A stretch of 63,981 bases of DNA, counting the filler, from Octopus bimaculoides (Eukaryota), in NCBI RefSeq assembly GCF_001194135.2. It is 6 parts of 6 records of this genome, joined end to end, with 100 filler letters (N's around TTAATTAATTAA, not from the genome) between each part and the next. Parts side by side here need not be neighbours in the genome. Positions count along the whole stretch, not along the records: positions 37,775 to 48,433 come from NC_069010.1; positions 48,534 to 58,692 come from NC_068985.1; 4 more parts are not named here. One strand, 5' to 3'. Shown here piece by piece: positions 37,731 through 49,514 of this stretch (positions within the stretch are counted from its first letter, which is position 1; each line of letters opens with the position of its first letter). The notes beneath the pieces are model-generated. The model was not told where the DNA came from. It worked only from the letters and a program-made list of their open reading frames with translations, and did not search any database. A program made the position numbers and the translations under genes.

Positions 37731-37774
37731 NNNNNNNNNNNNNNNNNNNNNNNNNNNNNNNNNNNNNNNNNNNN

Positions 37775-38031
37775 ATGCAGTACCAGGCAGTGGCTCTCAT
37801 GGCTTCTCATCTTAACTGATTGGAAGTGTTATCATGTACATTGTTTTGTCTTGGCATGAAAGATGGGCTACAGCAAATATTCTGCTCAATACCACAGATT
37901 TGCTAATGCCCTGATGCAGTCCCAGGCAGTGGCTCTCATGGCTTCTGATCTTAACTGATTGGAAGTGTTATCATGTACATTGTTTTGTCTTGGTATAAAA
38001 AGATGGCCTACAGCAAATATTCTGCTCAATA
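37775..38031. repeat. Tandem duplication of a 139-bp unit
   Basis: atgcagt(a/c)ccaggcagtggctctcatgg... starts at 37775 and 37914. Confidence 0.9.
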
Positions 38032-38034
38032 ATA

Positions 38035-38232
38035 ATGGTTTCAAATTTTACCACAAGGGCAGCCATTTTAGGGGAGGGGATGTGTCGATTACATCGACCG
38101 CAGTGTTCCACTGGTACTTAATTTATCGACCCCTCTGAAAGGATGAAAGGCAAAGTCAACCTCCTCAAAATTTGAACTCAGAACGTAGCAACAGGCGAAA
38201 TACCGCTGAGTATTTCATCCAGCATGCTAACA
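38035..38232 (-). mobile_element. SINE family D, tail type 2
   Basis: Family body plus ggctgcccttgtggtaaaatttgaaacc tail. Confidence 0.8.
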
Positions 38233-38600
38233 TCATCATCATCATCATCATTTAACGTCCACTTTCCATGCTAGCATGGGTTGGACGATTTGACTGGGGA
38301 CTGGCGAACCAGATGGCTGCGGCAGGCTCCAATCTGATCTGGCAGAGTTTCTACAGCTGGATGCCCTTCCTAACGCCAACCACTCCAAGAGTGTAGTGGG
38401 TGGTTTTACGTGCCACCGGCACGAAGGCCAGTCAGGCAGTACTGGCAACGGCCACGCCCAAAATGGTGTTTTTTATGTGCCACCTGCACAGGAGCCAGTC
38501 CAATGTTTTGTTCACATGCCACCGGCACAAGTGCCGGTAAGGCGAAGCTGGAAACAATTGCGCTCAAATGGTGCTTTTTACGTGCCACTGGCACGCAGAG
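38231..38600 (-). mobile_element. RTE 3' UTR fragment
   Basis: Reverse complement of the 17440-17908 type, with subrepeats and (CAT)n tail. Confidence 0.82.
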
Positions 38601-39102
38601 GCATGGGGAGGAGAGAAAGAAATGCAAACCCAGCCTACCTCTCGTTCGGATGATGCTAACAGGTGTGATGGTGGATATGTGATATTGGTCAGTGCCACAG
38701 GTCCTGCAGGTTGAGGATCGACAATGTCTGGTGTTGGTACAAACCCTGTGGTGTCATAAGATTCCATCAGTGGCTGCCAACTCGCCGCTTTAAAAAATAA
38801 TAATAATAGTGTTTATTTGTCAGAAGGGTCTTTGAATAGAGTGGCAGTGGCAGGTTGGGGTGGTTGTGAACAATAATGATAGTAATGATGTGTATAATGG
38901 TTTATAAACGGTGAAGAAAAGGTCATGTGTTAATGTCTGCATCACATAAACAATAACACATCTACATGTACATGAATAACACTCCCATATATATATATTA
39001 TATATACACATGCATACATGCATGTATAAATACACACTCATATATACACACACATATATATATATGTATATATATGTGTGTGTGTGTGTGTGTGTATATA
39101 TA

Positions 39103-39192
39103 TAAGTCGTGGGGTCGATTTGCTCGACTAAAGGCGGTGCTCCAGCATGGCCACAGTCAAAAGACTGAAACAAGTAAAAGAGTAAAAAGAGT
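39103..39192 (+). mobile_element. SINE family A, 3' end
   Basis: ggggtcgatttgctcgactaaaggcggtgctccagc... Confidence 0.8.
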
Positions 39193-39207
39193 ATATATGT
39201 GTGTGTG

Positions 39208-39255
<48 letters not shown>

Positions 39256-39899
39256 CATACACCTACACTTACACACACATGCATATTGCATGCATACATA
39301 CATAGATATACACACACAAATGCATATACATATACACACTAATAACATATATACACCCATTCATATACATATGTACATACATACTTATGCACTTACATGT
39401 ATACACATACATACGCACGTACATGTATACACATACGTACACACCCTAACATACACGCATACACACACACACACATACCTATGCCCATACAAGCTGATAA
39501 ATTCTGACATATATATATACACACACATACATATACTCATACACACATGTACACAAAATTCCTCTCCCCATCCTCGCCCACTCCCGTCTAGACAAATGCC
39601 CTTGGATGGGTGGGATTAAGAATAGAGAAGGGAGAGAAAGAAGGAAGAATATCTGTTGATAAAAACTAACACACACATACCACCACCACCACCACCACCA
39701 CCACCACCACCACCACCACCAAACACTCCCTGCCCTGTGTAGCAGAAGCCCCTGGGTTGGGGAGGTTAAAAAGACTGAAATGAAACTTGTGTTTAGACAC
39801 ATACACACATATATATGAAGACAATCGCATACTTCCACACACACACACACACAGTGAAGACAGTAACACATACATACACACATACAAACAAGTACTTAT

Positions 39900-39939
<40 letters not shown>

Positions 39940-40084
39940 TCATATAGAAACAAGCACTAGCACACATTCACACAAATACACATATGCAGACAATATTACT
40001 GTCACACAGTAATACACACACATTTATCAACACACCAACACAGATGCACACATATACATACTCATAACAGATCATACACACACA

Positions 40085-40284
40085 CACACACACACACAGA
40101 CCAGCACTTACCCACACTTATGCACTCACACATATTCACATATACACACCCTAACACACACACACACATGCATACATACATATAAAAACAAGCACTTACC
40201 CACACATTCACACACACAAACATACATACATACATACATATAAAAACAAGCACTTACCCACACACATGCACTCATACACACATA

Positions 40285-40324
<40 letters not shown>

Positions 40325-40365
40325 CATACATACATATAAAAACAAGCACTTACCCACACATTCAC
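40085..40365. repeat. Minisatellite with acaagcacttacccacac units in CA-rich sequence
   Basis: About four copies at 55-80 bp spacing. Confidence 0.75.
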
Positions 40366-40667
40366 ACAAACACACGCACGCACGCACAGACCCGTTTAAC
40401 AAGCTGTCTTTGGGTGGGTGAGGTTATATAGAAAGAAATGTGCGTAGACACACAAGAACCCAAATTGTTGACCTTTGAGGTCAGACACTGGTGATTGCAT
40501 TTGGCAACTAACAATTCATTTGTCCCACACAATCTATACACAAACAAATGTGTGTGTGTGTGTATATACACACACACACACACACTCACACACATCTACG
40601 TTTGTGTCTTTTTGACCATATTTGGTTGTATATCTGAATGTGTGTGTATATTTGTAAGTATGTTTCT

Positions 40668-40899
40668 TATTTCTTTATTGTCCATAAGGGGCTAAACATA
40701 GAGGGGACAAACAAGGACAGACAAAGGGATTAAGTTGATTACATCGACTCCAGTGCGTAACTGGTACTTATTTAATCGACTCCGAAAGGATGAAAGGCAA
40801 AGTCGACCACGGCGGAATTTGAACTCAGAACGTAGCGGCAGACGAAATACCGCTAAGCATTTCGTCCAACGTGCTAACGTGTCTGCTAACTCGACGCCT
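40668..40899 (-). mobile_element. SINE family D, tail type 1
   Basis: Full length; flank tttgtaagtatgtttctt duplicated at 40651 and 40902. Confidence 0.9.
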
Positions 40900-41357
40900 T
40901 CTTTGTAAGTATGTTTCTTATTTCTTNNNNNNNNNNNNNNNNNNNNNNNNNNNNNNNNNNNNNNNNNNNNNNNNNNNNNNNNNNNNNNNNNNNNNNNNNN
41001 NNNNNNNNNNNNNNNNNNNNNNNNNNNNNNNNNNNNNNNNNNNNNNNNNNNNNNNNNNNNNNNNNNNNNNNNNNNNNNNNNNNNNNNNNNNNNNNNNNNN
41101 NNNNNNNNNNNNNNNNNNNNNNNNNNNNNNNNNNNNNNNNNNNNNNNNNNNNNNNNNNNNNNNNNNNNNNNNNNNNNNNNNNNNNNNNNNNNNNNNNNNN
41201 NNNNNNNNNNNNNNNNNNNNNNNNNNNNNNNNNNNNNNNNNNNNNNNNNNNNNNNNNNNNNNNNNNNNNNNNNNNNNNNNNNNNNNNNNNNNNNNNNNNN
41301 NNNNNNNNNNNNNNNNNNNNNNNNNNNNNNNNNNNNNNNNGCCAACCAATCTACAGA

Positions 41358-41681
41358 GTGGCACCTTGGGCAAGTGTCTTCTACTATAGCCTCGGGCCGA
41401 CCAAAGCCTTGTGAGTGGATTTGGTAGACGGAAACTGAAAGAAGCCCGTCGTATATATGTATATATATATATATATGTGTGTGTCTGTGTTTGTCCTCCT
41501 AGCATTGCTTGACAACCGATGCTGGTGTGTTTATGTCCCCGTCATTTAGCGGTTCGGCAAAAAGAGACCGATAGAATAAGTACTAGGCTTACAAAGAATA
41601 AGTCCCGGAGTCAATTTGCTCGACTAAAAGGCAGTGCTCCAGCATGGCCGCAGTCAAATGACTGAAAACAAGTAAAAGAGT
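41358..41681 (+). mobile_element. SINE family A
   Basis: Core, microsatellite and tail. Confidence 0.9.
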
Positions 41682-41699
41682 AGTTGCTTGTTACGTGGC

Positions 41700-42290
41700 A
41701 CCCATCACCAGTTGGCAAACAGTGGTGGGACACTGAGCTGGCACATTGGAAGGCTGCACCCAGGATCCAGTCTGATTTGGCATGGTTTTCTACAGCTGGA
41801 TACCCTTCCTAACTGTTATGTCATGCATTATGACAACATATTTCGTTGTCTCTGCGGGACTGGCCTGAACAGTGTGCCTCACTGACTGACACTACTGACT
41901 GTGTAAGTCCACCATTTATTAGTAGTGGACCAGCCCAGTTCTCACCTGGAGGCGTCTGCCACAACACTAACGCCAACCAACCACTCCGAGAGTGTAATTG
42001 GTGCTTTTACATGCAACTGGCATTATACCAAATGTTTTGGTCGTTGCCTCCATGAGGCCCAATACTCGAAAGAAGCTCAGCCACTTTGCCTCCATGAGAC
42101 CCAGTGCTCGAAAGGAACTCAGCCACCTCACCTCCATGAGGCCTGCTTTGAAAGAATTCGGCCACCTCACCTCGAAAAGAACTTAGCCACTTTGCCTACA
42201 TGAGGCCCAATGCTTGAAGGGAACTCAGCCACTTTGCCTCCATCAGGCCCAACACTCGAAAGGACCTCGGCAATATGCCTCCATATATAT
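41700..42290 (-). mobile_element. RTE 3' UTR-type repeat with an approximately 41-bp minisatellite, interrupted by a solo LTR
   Basis: ctcagccactttgcctccatgaggcccaatactcgaaag repeated about six times at 42040-42270. Confidence 0.7.
41814..41966. mobile_element. 153-bp solo LTR-like insertion
   Basis: TGTT...AACA termini; 5-bp TSD ctaac at 41809-41813 and 41967-41971; interrupts ccttcctaac|gccaacc. Confidence 0.75.
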
Positions 42291-42321
42291 ACACCACATA
42301 CAAGTACACGTGCACATGAAC

Positions 42322-42352
<31 letters not shown>

Positions 42353-42353
<1 letters not shown>

Positions 42354-42668
42354 CATCATTTAATGTTCGTTGACCATGCTGGCATGGGTTGGACTGTTTC
42401 ACTGGGCTGGCATGCTGTGCCAGGCTCCAGTCTGATTTAGCATGGTTTTCTATGGCTGAATGCCCTTCCTAACGCCAACCACTCCGGGAGTGTAATGGGT
42501 GCTTTTACATGCAACTGGCATGGGTGCCATTTGCATGACTCGGGTATCTGCCATGACTGTGATTTTGCTCGGCTTCATGGGTCTTCTTCTCAAGCATGAC
42601 ATTATACCAAAGGTTTTGGTCATTGCCTCCATGAGGCCCAATACTCGAAAGAAGCTCAGCCACTATGC
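42353..42668 (-). mobile_element. RTE 3' UTR-type repeat, second copy
   Basis: (CAT)n tail and the same body as 41955-42080. Confidence 0.7.
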
Positions 42669-42705
42669 TATTGTCTCTGTAAGTGTATGAGTGTGTGTGT
42701 TAGAC

Positions 42706-42991
42706 CAGGGGTTTTCAAACTTTTTGACTTGCGGACCCCTTTATATTTCAGGCTTTACCTTAGGGACCGCCTTTATAAACGCTTATGAAATTTATTCATA
42801 AATATTTGCTTAAAATAACATATATTTTTACATTTATTTATTTAACAGTATTTAACAAATAGGTTTATTGTCAATTAAAAGATTTCGATTAAAATACATA
42901 TATAAAATCAAATTGTCCATAAAAAGTATTTGCTGTCCACGGACCCCCTGTCTTGTCCTTGCGGACCCCAAACACAGTTTGAAAACCCCTG
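42706..42991. mobile_element. hAT-superfamily MITE
   Basis: Perfect 15-bp TIR caggggttttcaaac; 8-bp TSD tgttagac at 42698-42705 and 42992-42999. Confidence 0.92.
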
Positions 42992-43109
42992 TGTTAGACC
43001 ATGCTGTTGTTTATGGGAAAATGTGAGTCTTGTGTGCATAAGTCTGTATGCGTGTCTGTGTGAGAGTAAAATAACTGTTGTGTGTGTATGTGTGACAATG
43101 GTATATGGG

Positions 43110-43662
43110 TGCGGGAGTGGCTGTGTGGTAAGTAGCTTGCTTACCAACCACATGGTTCTGGGTTCAGTCCCACTGCGTGGCACCTTGGGCAAGTGTCTTC
43201 TACTATAGCCTCGGGCCGACCAAAGCCTTGTGAGTGGATTTGGTAGACGGAAACTGAAAGAAGCCCGTCGTATATATGTATATATATNNNNNNNNNNNNN
43301 NNNNNNNNNNNNNNNNNNNNNNNNNNNNNNNNNNNNNNNNNNNNNNNNNNNNNNNNNNNNNNNNNNNNNNNNNNNNNNNNNNNNNNNNNNNNNNNNNNNN
43401 NNNNNNNNNNNNNNNNNNNNNNNNNNNNNNNNNNNNNNNNNNNNNNNNNNNNNNNNNNNNNNNNNNNNNNNNNNNNNNATCGCTTGACAACCGATGCTGG
43501 TGTGTTTACGTCCCCGTAACTTAGCGGTTCGGCAAAAGAGACCGATAGAATAAGTACTAAGCTTCCAAAGAATAAGTCCTGGGGTCGATTTGCTCGACTA
43601 AAGGCGGTGCACCAGCATGGCCGCAGTCAAATGACTGAAACAAGTAAAAGAGTAAAAGAGTA
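43110..43662 (+). mobile_element. SINE family A, full length (gap in microsatellite)
   Basis: Head gcgggagtggctgtgtggtaag through tail. Confidence 0.92.
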
Positions 43663-43816
43663 AGGGTAGGTGGGATTAACTGGGAAGGTGATAAAGATGG
43701 TTGTGATGGAGTGTCAGAGCCAACCCTCAACCATGTAGCTATTCCCACTCTGTTATTATTCTTACAATTGGTCTTTCTTATGCTCTCTCTTTCTCTCTCT
43801 CTCCTTTGTTCTCTAG

Positions 43817-44030
43817 GTCGCAGTGAAACCACCATACAGAGGTCAGTTGTCCATTTTTCCAGTGGTCTGTTTGGACTCAGTATCCTCTACAACTTCTTCC
43901 ATTCCACCATGCTCTATCTGCTCATTACTGCCGGCTTCGGTTACCTTGTCATCACCATCACCGTGTTCAAGTGCCGGCCCCTTTGTGGTATCTGTGTGTC
44001 GGCTTCGGTGGTACTGATTATTATCCTGCT
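43817..44030 (+). CDS. PORCN: Porcupine O-acyltransferase, internal coding exon (first of four seen)
   Basis: Pyrimidine tract ...ttctctAG, donor GTAAGT at 44031; 214 nt, phase 1 to 2. Encodes RSETTIQRSVVHFSSGLFGLSILYNFFHSTMLYLLITAGFGYLV...VVLIIILL, resembling the PORCN segment GFFSLYHFF...LLCYLV from recall. Confidence 0.9.
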
Positions 44031-44090
44031 GTAAGTTGATGTTTCTTTGTTTGCACGCGTGTGTGTGTATGTGCGAGAGAGAGATGATAG

Positions 44091-44512
44091 TGTAGGGAAG
44101 TGGTTATACACCATTAGGTGTACACCGCTTCCGTACATTAAATTTCTAGAAGAAACAACGGAACGCAGATTCTGAACAACATAACAATATTTATTCACAG
44201 TGGAATTCAGTTCACGCTTGGAGGGAATTCGGTAGCTCGTCGCCCTCGGTTACTGAGACGCCTTCTGAATGATTTCCGTGGTTATTTGTGAAGCTCTGGT
44301 GCTGACATGTGAGAGAGCTCTGTTGGACATCTTGGCTCGACGGAGATCAGTCAACGAAGAGACTGAGAAAAGGCGCCAAAGCTGGGTGTCGAACTCTACG
44401 CATGCGCATGAGACTCTTCCTGTATTCCTTCCGGAACTAGTCCCTGCGCATGCGTGGATAAAACTCCGGACATTGAACATATAACAGTCGTCTGTTATAA
44501 GAAGTCACTACA
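44091..44512 (-). mobile_element. Solo LTR, probably Gypsy, in a PORCN intron
   Basis: TGTAG...CTACA termini; 4-bp TSD atag at 44087-44090 and 44513-44516; AATAAA on the minus strand near 44190. Confidence 0.75.
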
Positions 44513-44689
44513 ATAGTATAATCTGTGTGTGTTTGTATGCATGTATTCTTATCTATATGTGAGCATGCATCTATGTATAAATGTATGTGAGGGTATATGT
44601 GTGTGGGTGTGTATGGTGGATAAATTAAGTACCAGTGGAACACTGGGGGTCGATGTAATTGACTATTTACTTTTATTATTTATGCGCTC

Positions 44690-44860
44690 TTTTAAAGCTT
44701 AGCCAGGCTCATGGGCCCTGTTTCTATGGCGTATGTGTTCTCCCCCCACCAGCTTTACTCAAGAAACAGGAAGAAAGAGTGAGAGAAGGTTGGGGTGAAA
44801 GAGTACAACAGGGGTCGCCACCACCCCTTGCCGGAGCCTCATGGAGCTTTAGGTGTTTTC
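44690..44860 (-). mobile_element. SINE family B fragment with a different 3' tail
   Basis: Body matches B up to tgtttcttg, then diverges. Confidence 0.6.
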
Positions 44861-44950
44861 AGGTTCAGTCCCACTGCATGGCACCTTGAGCAAGTGTCTT
44901 CTACTATAGCCTTGAGTCAACCAAAGCTTTATAATTGAATTTGATAGGTG
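44861..44950 (+). mobile_element. SINE family A fragment
   Basis: ggttcagtcccactgcatggcaccttgagcaagtgtc. Confidence 0.7.
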
Positions 44951-45024
44951 GAAGTTACCACCATGTATATACATGTGTAAGTGCTTGTGCCTCCTAACAT
45001 ACATACATATATATGGGTGTGTGT

Positions 45025-45255
45025 TATTTCTTTACTACCCACAAGGGGCTACACACAGAGGGGACAAACAAGGACAGACAAACGGATTAAGTCGATTATA
45101 CTGACCCCAGTGCGTAACTGGTACTTATTTAATCGACCCCGAAAGGATGAAAGGCAAAGTCGACCTCGGCGGAATTTGAACTCAGAACGTAGCGGCAGAC
45201 GAAATACCGCTAAGCATCACGCCCGGCGTGCTAACGTTTCTGCCAGCTCGCCGCC
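45025..45255 (-). mobile_element. SINE family D, tail type 1, full length
   Basis: 17-bp TSD tatatatgggtgtgtgt at 45008-45024 and 45256-45272. Confidence 0.95.
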
Positions 45256-45470
45256 TATATATGGGTGTGTGTGTGGGGTGGTGGTGCATATATTGATATC
45301 TATATGCGAGTGTATGCATGCATATATTTTTGTGTAAGCATGTATATGTGTGTGTCTGTATATGTGTGTGTCTGTATATGTCTGAGTCAGTCAGATTTTT
45401 CCCATTCTGGGGATCTTGTTTATGTCTCCCTGCCAGCTGTCTCTCACTCTCATTGTTTTTGTATCATTAG

Positions 45471-45514
45471 GGAGCTGTTTATTGTGGATTCGGCCTCGTG
45501 GCACAAAGTTAGGG
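45471..45514 (+). CDS. PORCN: Porcupine coding exon (44 nt)
   Basis: cattAG / GTAAGT; phase 2 to 1. ELFIVDSASWHKVRG matches the PORCN motif EMHMVDTVTWHKMRG. Confidence 0.95.
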
Positions 45515-46056
45515 GTAAGTCAAACAAGGAACTCTCTCTCTACATCTTGGCTCTTATCTGTTTAATAAACGGTCCCCAGCCCTGCTAGAGATAACAAAAG
45601 TAGCAAAGTCTCTCTTTCAAAGCTGTATTTGGGAGCTGCTGCTGATAACAATGTATTGATAAATGAATCTCCGCCAGTTGCAGTAAAGTGAGTCTAATAA
45701 TAGAGTTTGGTGTCTCTATGATCTTCAGTGAAGAACGTTCTTGCCTGTAGAATGCAGTGGCATGAAACTAGTCATGAGATAGAAATTTCGTTTCTTGTAT
45801 TGAACACTCATCTCTTGTTTGTTTGACACACACACACATATATATATCGTCATCATCAACATCATCATTTAGCTCTCCATGGATTAGTACACAGGTTTCG
45901 TGTGTCACATAGCTAGCTAGAGGCGATGGCTTCTTGGAGCTAATTCACGGCAGCTTTCGTCCTAATTTTGGGACTGCCATGTTGGCTTGGCGATAACTAT
46001 TAATTTCCAGTACCGCTGCCGTAGTCTCCTTTAGAGAGACTTAGAAATATTAATAA

Positions 46057-46093
<37 letters not shown>

Positions 46094-46494
46094 CACACAT
46101 ACATAGACACGCACACACACATACATAAACAGATATATATATATGCATGGGTGACAACTCTATTAAACCTTGTTATCTCTACTGAGTAGTTTCCTTTGGA
46201 TTTTACAAAGTTAAAGCAGATATGAGAATCAATAAAACAGTGAGAAAAGTTTTAGAAATTATACTTAGATCACGGAAAATGATACATTGTATAGTAGTAG
46301 TAGTAGTAGTAGTAGTATGATAATGTTGATGCGAGTAGGGAGAGAAAAAGATATCCAAAAGTAAATAAAAAGAAAGTGTTTGATAGATTAATGTTAACTT
46401 GTGGCTGATATGTATTTCCAAAATCTTAACAGGTACTTGTGGTAGTGGCAGAATTTTGTAAAGAGTTCTGATCTACATCAATATCATCATAATT

Positions 46495-46660
46495 ATCATT
46501 TTAACTTCTGTTTTTCATGTTGGCAAGAGCCAGGTGGTTTGACAGAGACTAGCCAACCAGAGAGCTGCCCAGGCTCTAGTTGTCTGTTTTGGCAGGGTTT
46601 CTATGGCTGGATCCCCTTCTGAATGCCACCCACTTTACAGAGTGTACTAGCTACTTTTTA
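46495..46660 (-). mobile_element. Old RTE tail fragment
   Basis: tttctatggctggatcccctt..ccactttacagagtgtact. Confidence 0.55.
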
Positions 46661-46768
46661 TTTACTCCTTAATTGCTCCTTCACCTTCCTTCTTTATTAA
46701 ACAACAATAATCACCAAAGGTCACTTCAAATTCCAATAATCGCATTGAATCTTTCCCCTCATCGACAG

Positions 46769-46956
46769 GTTCACAGATGATTATGTCAATGAAAATCATC
46801 TCATTAGCATTTGATGTCAGTGACCCTGCAGTCAGCTTCCTCCCAGACATCTGGCAGTACCACGGTTATGTGTTCAACGTTGGTACCGTGATCTTTGGAC
46901 CATGGATCAGTTTCCACCAGTACTGTACCATTACCCAGCAAAGTGTCAGACCAATG
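46769..46956 (+). CDS. PORCN: Porcupine coding exon (188 nt)
   Basis: gacAG / GTGAGT; phase 1 to 0. GSQMIMSMKIISLAFD...GYVFNVGTVIFGPWISFHQY matches PORCN GAQMIVAMKAVSLGFD...GYLYFVGTIVFGPWISF. Confidence 0.96.
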
Positions 46957-47329
46957 GTGAGTGTTATCTATTTAACCTTTTGTAACCACATTTCTGTTTG
47001 AATACACTGCTTAGTTTCAATTCATGTTGGAAGCAATGAAGAATTTAGTAAAATTATTTTGGCATCATTGGTTAGAACATAGTATGAAACAACATAGCTG
47101 CATGCATTCACAGAAACCTACACTTTACATAACTAGAGAGAGATAGAGAGAGAGAGTGAGAGAGATTAAGATAGAGAGAGAAAGCGTGAGAGAGTATCTA
47201 TTAATGGGACACAATTGGCATGAACACTTTCCCTCACCTCATTTTATAAGACTATAAGGACAAAGTGCCCGAGGAGTCTACCCCCACAAGCCTTCCAGGA
47301 ACAGTGGGTGGAGAAGATGGAGTGATGGA

Positions 47330-47545
47330 TATCATCATTATCATTTAATATCCATTTTCCATACTGGTATGAGTTGGACAGTTTTGACAAGAGCTGGTCA
47401 GCTAAAGAGCTGCCTTGGTTCCATGTGTTTTGGCATGGTTTCTACAGCTGGACATCCTTCCAAACGCCAACCACTTTACAGAGTGCTCCACTGGGTGCTT
47501 TTCATGTGGCACCAGTACGGGTGTTTTTACATGGCACCAGCAGTG
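47330..47545 (-). mobile_element. Old RTE tail fragment
   Basis: tttctacagctggacatccttccaaacgccaaccactttacagagtg. Confidence 0.65.
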
Positions 47546-47601
47546 TGTATGTGTGTGTGTAAATGTGTCCTCTCTTTATCTGTGTCTTTTTCTCTTTACA
47601 G

Positions 47602-47708
47602 AATTTACACTGGTTGTTCAAATTAACCAAAAGTATTCTCTCAGCTTTAATATGTTTGGTGATGTCCACTTGTGCTGTTGGCTGGCTTATACAGGATCAC
47701 CACTGGAA
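47602..47708 (+). CDS. PORCN: Porcupine coding exon (107 nt)
   Basis: tctttacAG / GTAAGT; phase 0 to 2. NLHWLFKLTKSILSALICLVMSTCAVGWL matches PORCN [22 protein letters not shown]. Confidence 0.9.
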
Positions 47709-48131
47709 GTAAGTAGCAGGGAAACTGAAATGTTTGTGTGTGTGTGTGTATCCTTTGGAACTAAGCAATAACTTCTATTTTCCAGAGTGGTCATTCCGAC
47801 ACACCTCTCTCACCGTACTCTGGGTCAACACCTTTTTCCATTTTGTCTCCATCTTCTCATCTTCAATTCCATTTGGGAATGATGGACATCATTATTTTGA
47901 AAATAGTCATGGCAAGTGACAAATTCTGGGTCTGTGGCTCTAACCTCAAAACCAAAGCTCAATCTTCACAATAGAAGATCCCCAACAAGATTCCAGACCA
48001 ATGCAATGAGGTAGATGCTCACTATCCCAAGCAACAAGTTCAAGGGATGCTTACATCAATGGAAAGGATGCTGGATAAAGTGTGTGGTTTCAGAAGGGAA
48101 CTACTTATGAGATTCAATGACAAATTGATAT

Positions 48132-48391
48132 GTGGAGGTGCATGGCTCAGTGGTTAGAGTGTCAGGCTCATGAGGTAGTGAGTTCAATTCCCAGACTTGG
48201 CCGCGTGTTGTGGTCTTGAGCAAGACACTTTATTTCACGTTGCTCCAGTTCGCTCAGCTGTAGAAATGAATTGCAGCATCACTGGTGCCAAGCTGTATCG
48301 GCCCCTTTGCCTTTCCCGTGGATAACACCAGTGGCGTGGAGAAGGGAGGCTGGTATCCATGGGCAAGTGCTGGTCTTTCACAAACAACCTT
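48132..48391 (+). mobile_element. SINE family C
   Basis: A box TGGCTCAGTGG, B box GAGTTCAATTCC; aligns to 11122-11452. Confidence 0.85.
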
Positions 48392-48395
48392 ATAT

Positions 48396-48433
<38 letters not shown>

Positions 48434-48477
48434 NNNNNNNNNNNNNNNNNNNNNNNNNNNNNNNNNNNNNNNNNNNN

Positions 48478-48489
48478 TTAATTAATTAA
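48478..48489. other. Assembly linker
   Basis: TTAATTAATTAA between N runs. Confidence 0.95.
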
Positions 48490-49514
48490 NNNNNNNNNNN
48501 NNNNNNNNNNNNNNNNNNNNNNNNNNNNNNNNNTGAAAAAAAAAATCGATAAATTGCATTTAGTTCATTGAGTGCACGAAAGTGCACCAAAGTGCTCGTC
48601 TGGCCCAGTGCCTACTTTATACCTTCTACTTGTTCTTTAAAATTACTTTTAAAATTTTATTTATATCATTTGTTAATGGCTAAATTTTCTCTTTAAATTT
48701 AAAGCAGTAATTATATATTAAATGATTTATTGAAAATTTATTCGTTAATATATAACTTTTTACGAACTTTGTTAATACTTTATTTTTGATTAGTTAAATG
48801 ATGTTCTTTTAATCTAGAAAAATATTTTTTGAGTGAATTATAAAATGTATTTCTTTTACATTGCAAAATCTTGGCAAGATAAATCGAACCTTTCAGAATA
48901 TTATACAAATGTGATAGAGACAAAATGTAAAAAACAAAAAATAATAAAAAACAGTTGCTGCATAACTATCTCTAATGCGCACTCTATCAGACAAAAGTTA
49001 CAAAGAAAAACAATTGGAAAAGGACGAGGAAACAACTTCACCTTGACGATGCAAACGAAGTAGCTTTGTCTAAAAATTTATTGTGGGACACGCAATTAAA
49101 GATGGTTGCTAACAGTGGTTTCACATGTGCTAGCATAAGTTTTACGGCAGAAAACAAATGAAGCAAGTTGTAAGGCCACTGTCAAATATATGTGAGTTTG
49201 GGATGGCAATTAATTCATCTAAATGTTAAGAGTCATCAATCAAGAAAAGGAACAGTGAAATCGTTATTCGAGTGTGATTAGAAGAAGATAACATTTTGCA
49301 ATGAGTTTGAAATTTATCCGATTTCTAATATTGTTTCCATACAGGACCAAACATTTAATGAATGGGTGAAGTTCTAGTAAGAAATTCATACCTATACTAC
49401 GGACAATACAAGGTGGTGAGATGAGACAACGGTTTGGGTGCTATACGCAATTCAGGGCAAATTGCTGAAGCCTTTTCAGTAACATATTCGAAATCATCTC
49501 TTACATCCAGTGTA

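Noticed and set aside
40902-40926. 25-bp flank duplication as an unusually long TSD
   Set aside because: It includes SINE tail sequence and abuts a gap; it may be a second copy or an assembly artefact.
42040-42270. Regular 41-bp repeats as a CRISPR array
   Set aside because: Eukaryotic minisatellite without unique spacers, inside a retroelement UTR.
47786-47850. AG followed by WSFRH as the next PORCN exon
   Set aside because: Wrong phase after the 47708 donor and no WL.AY motif.
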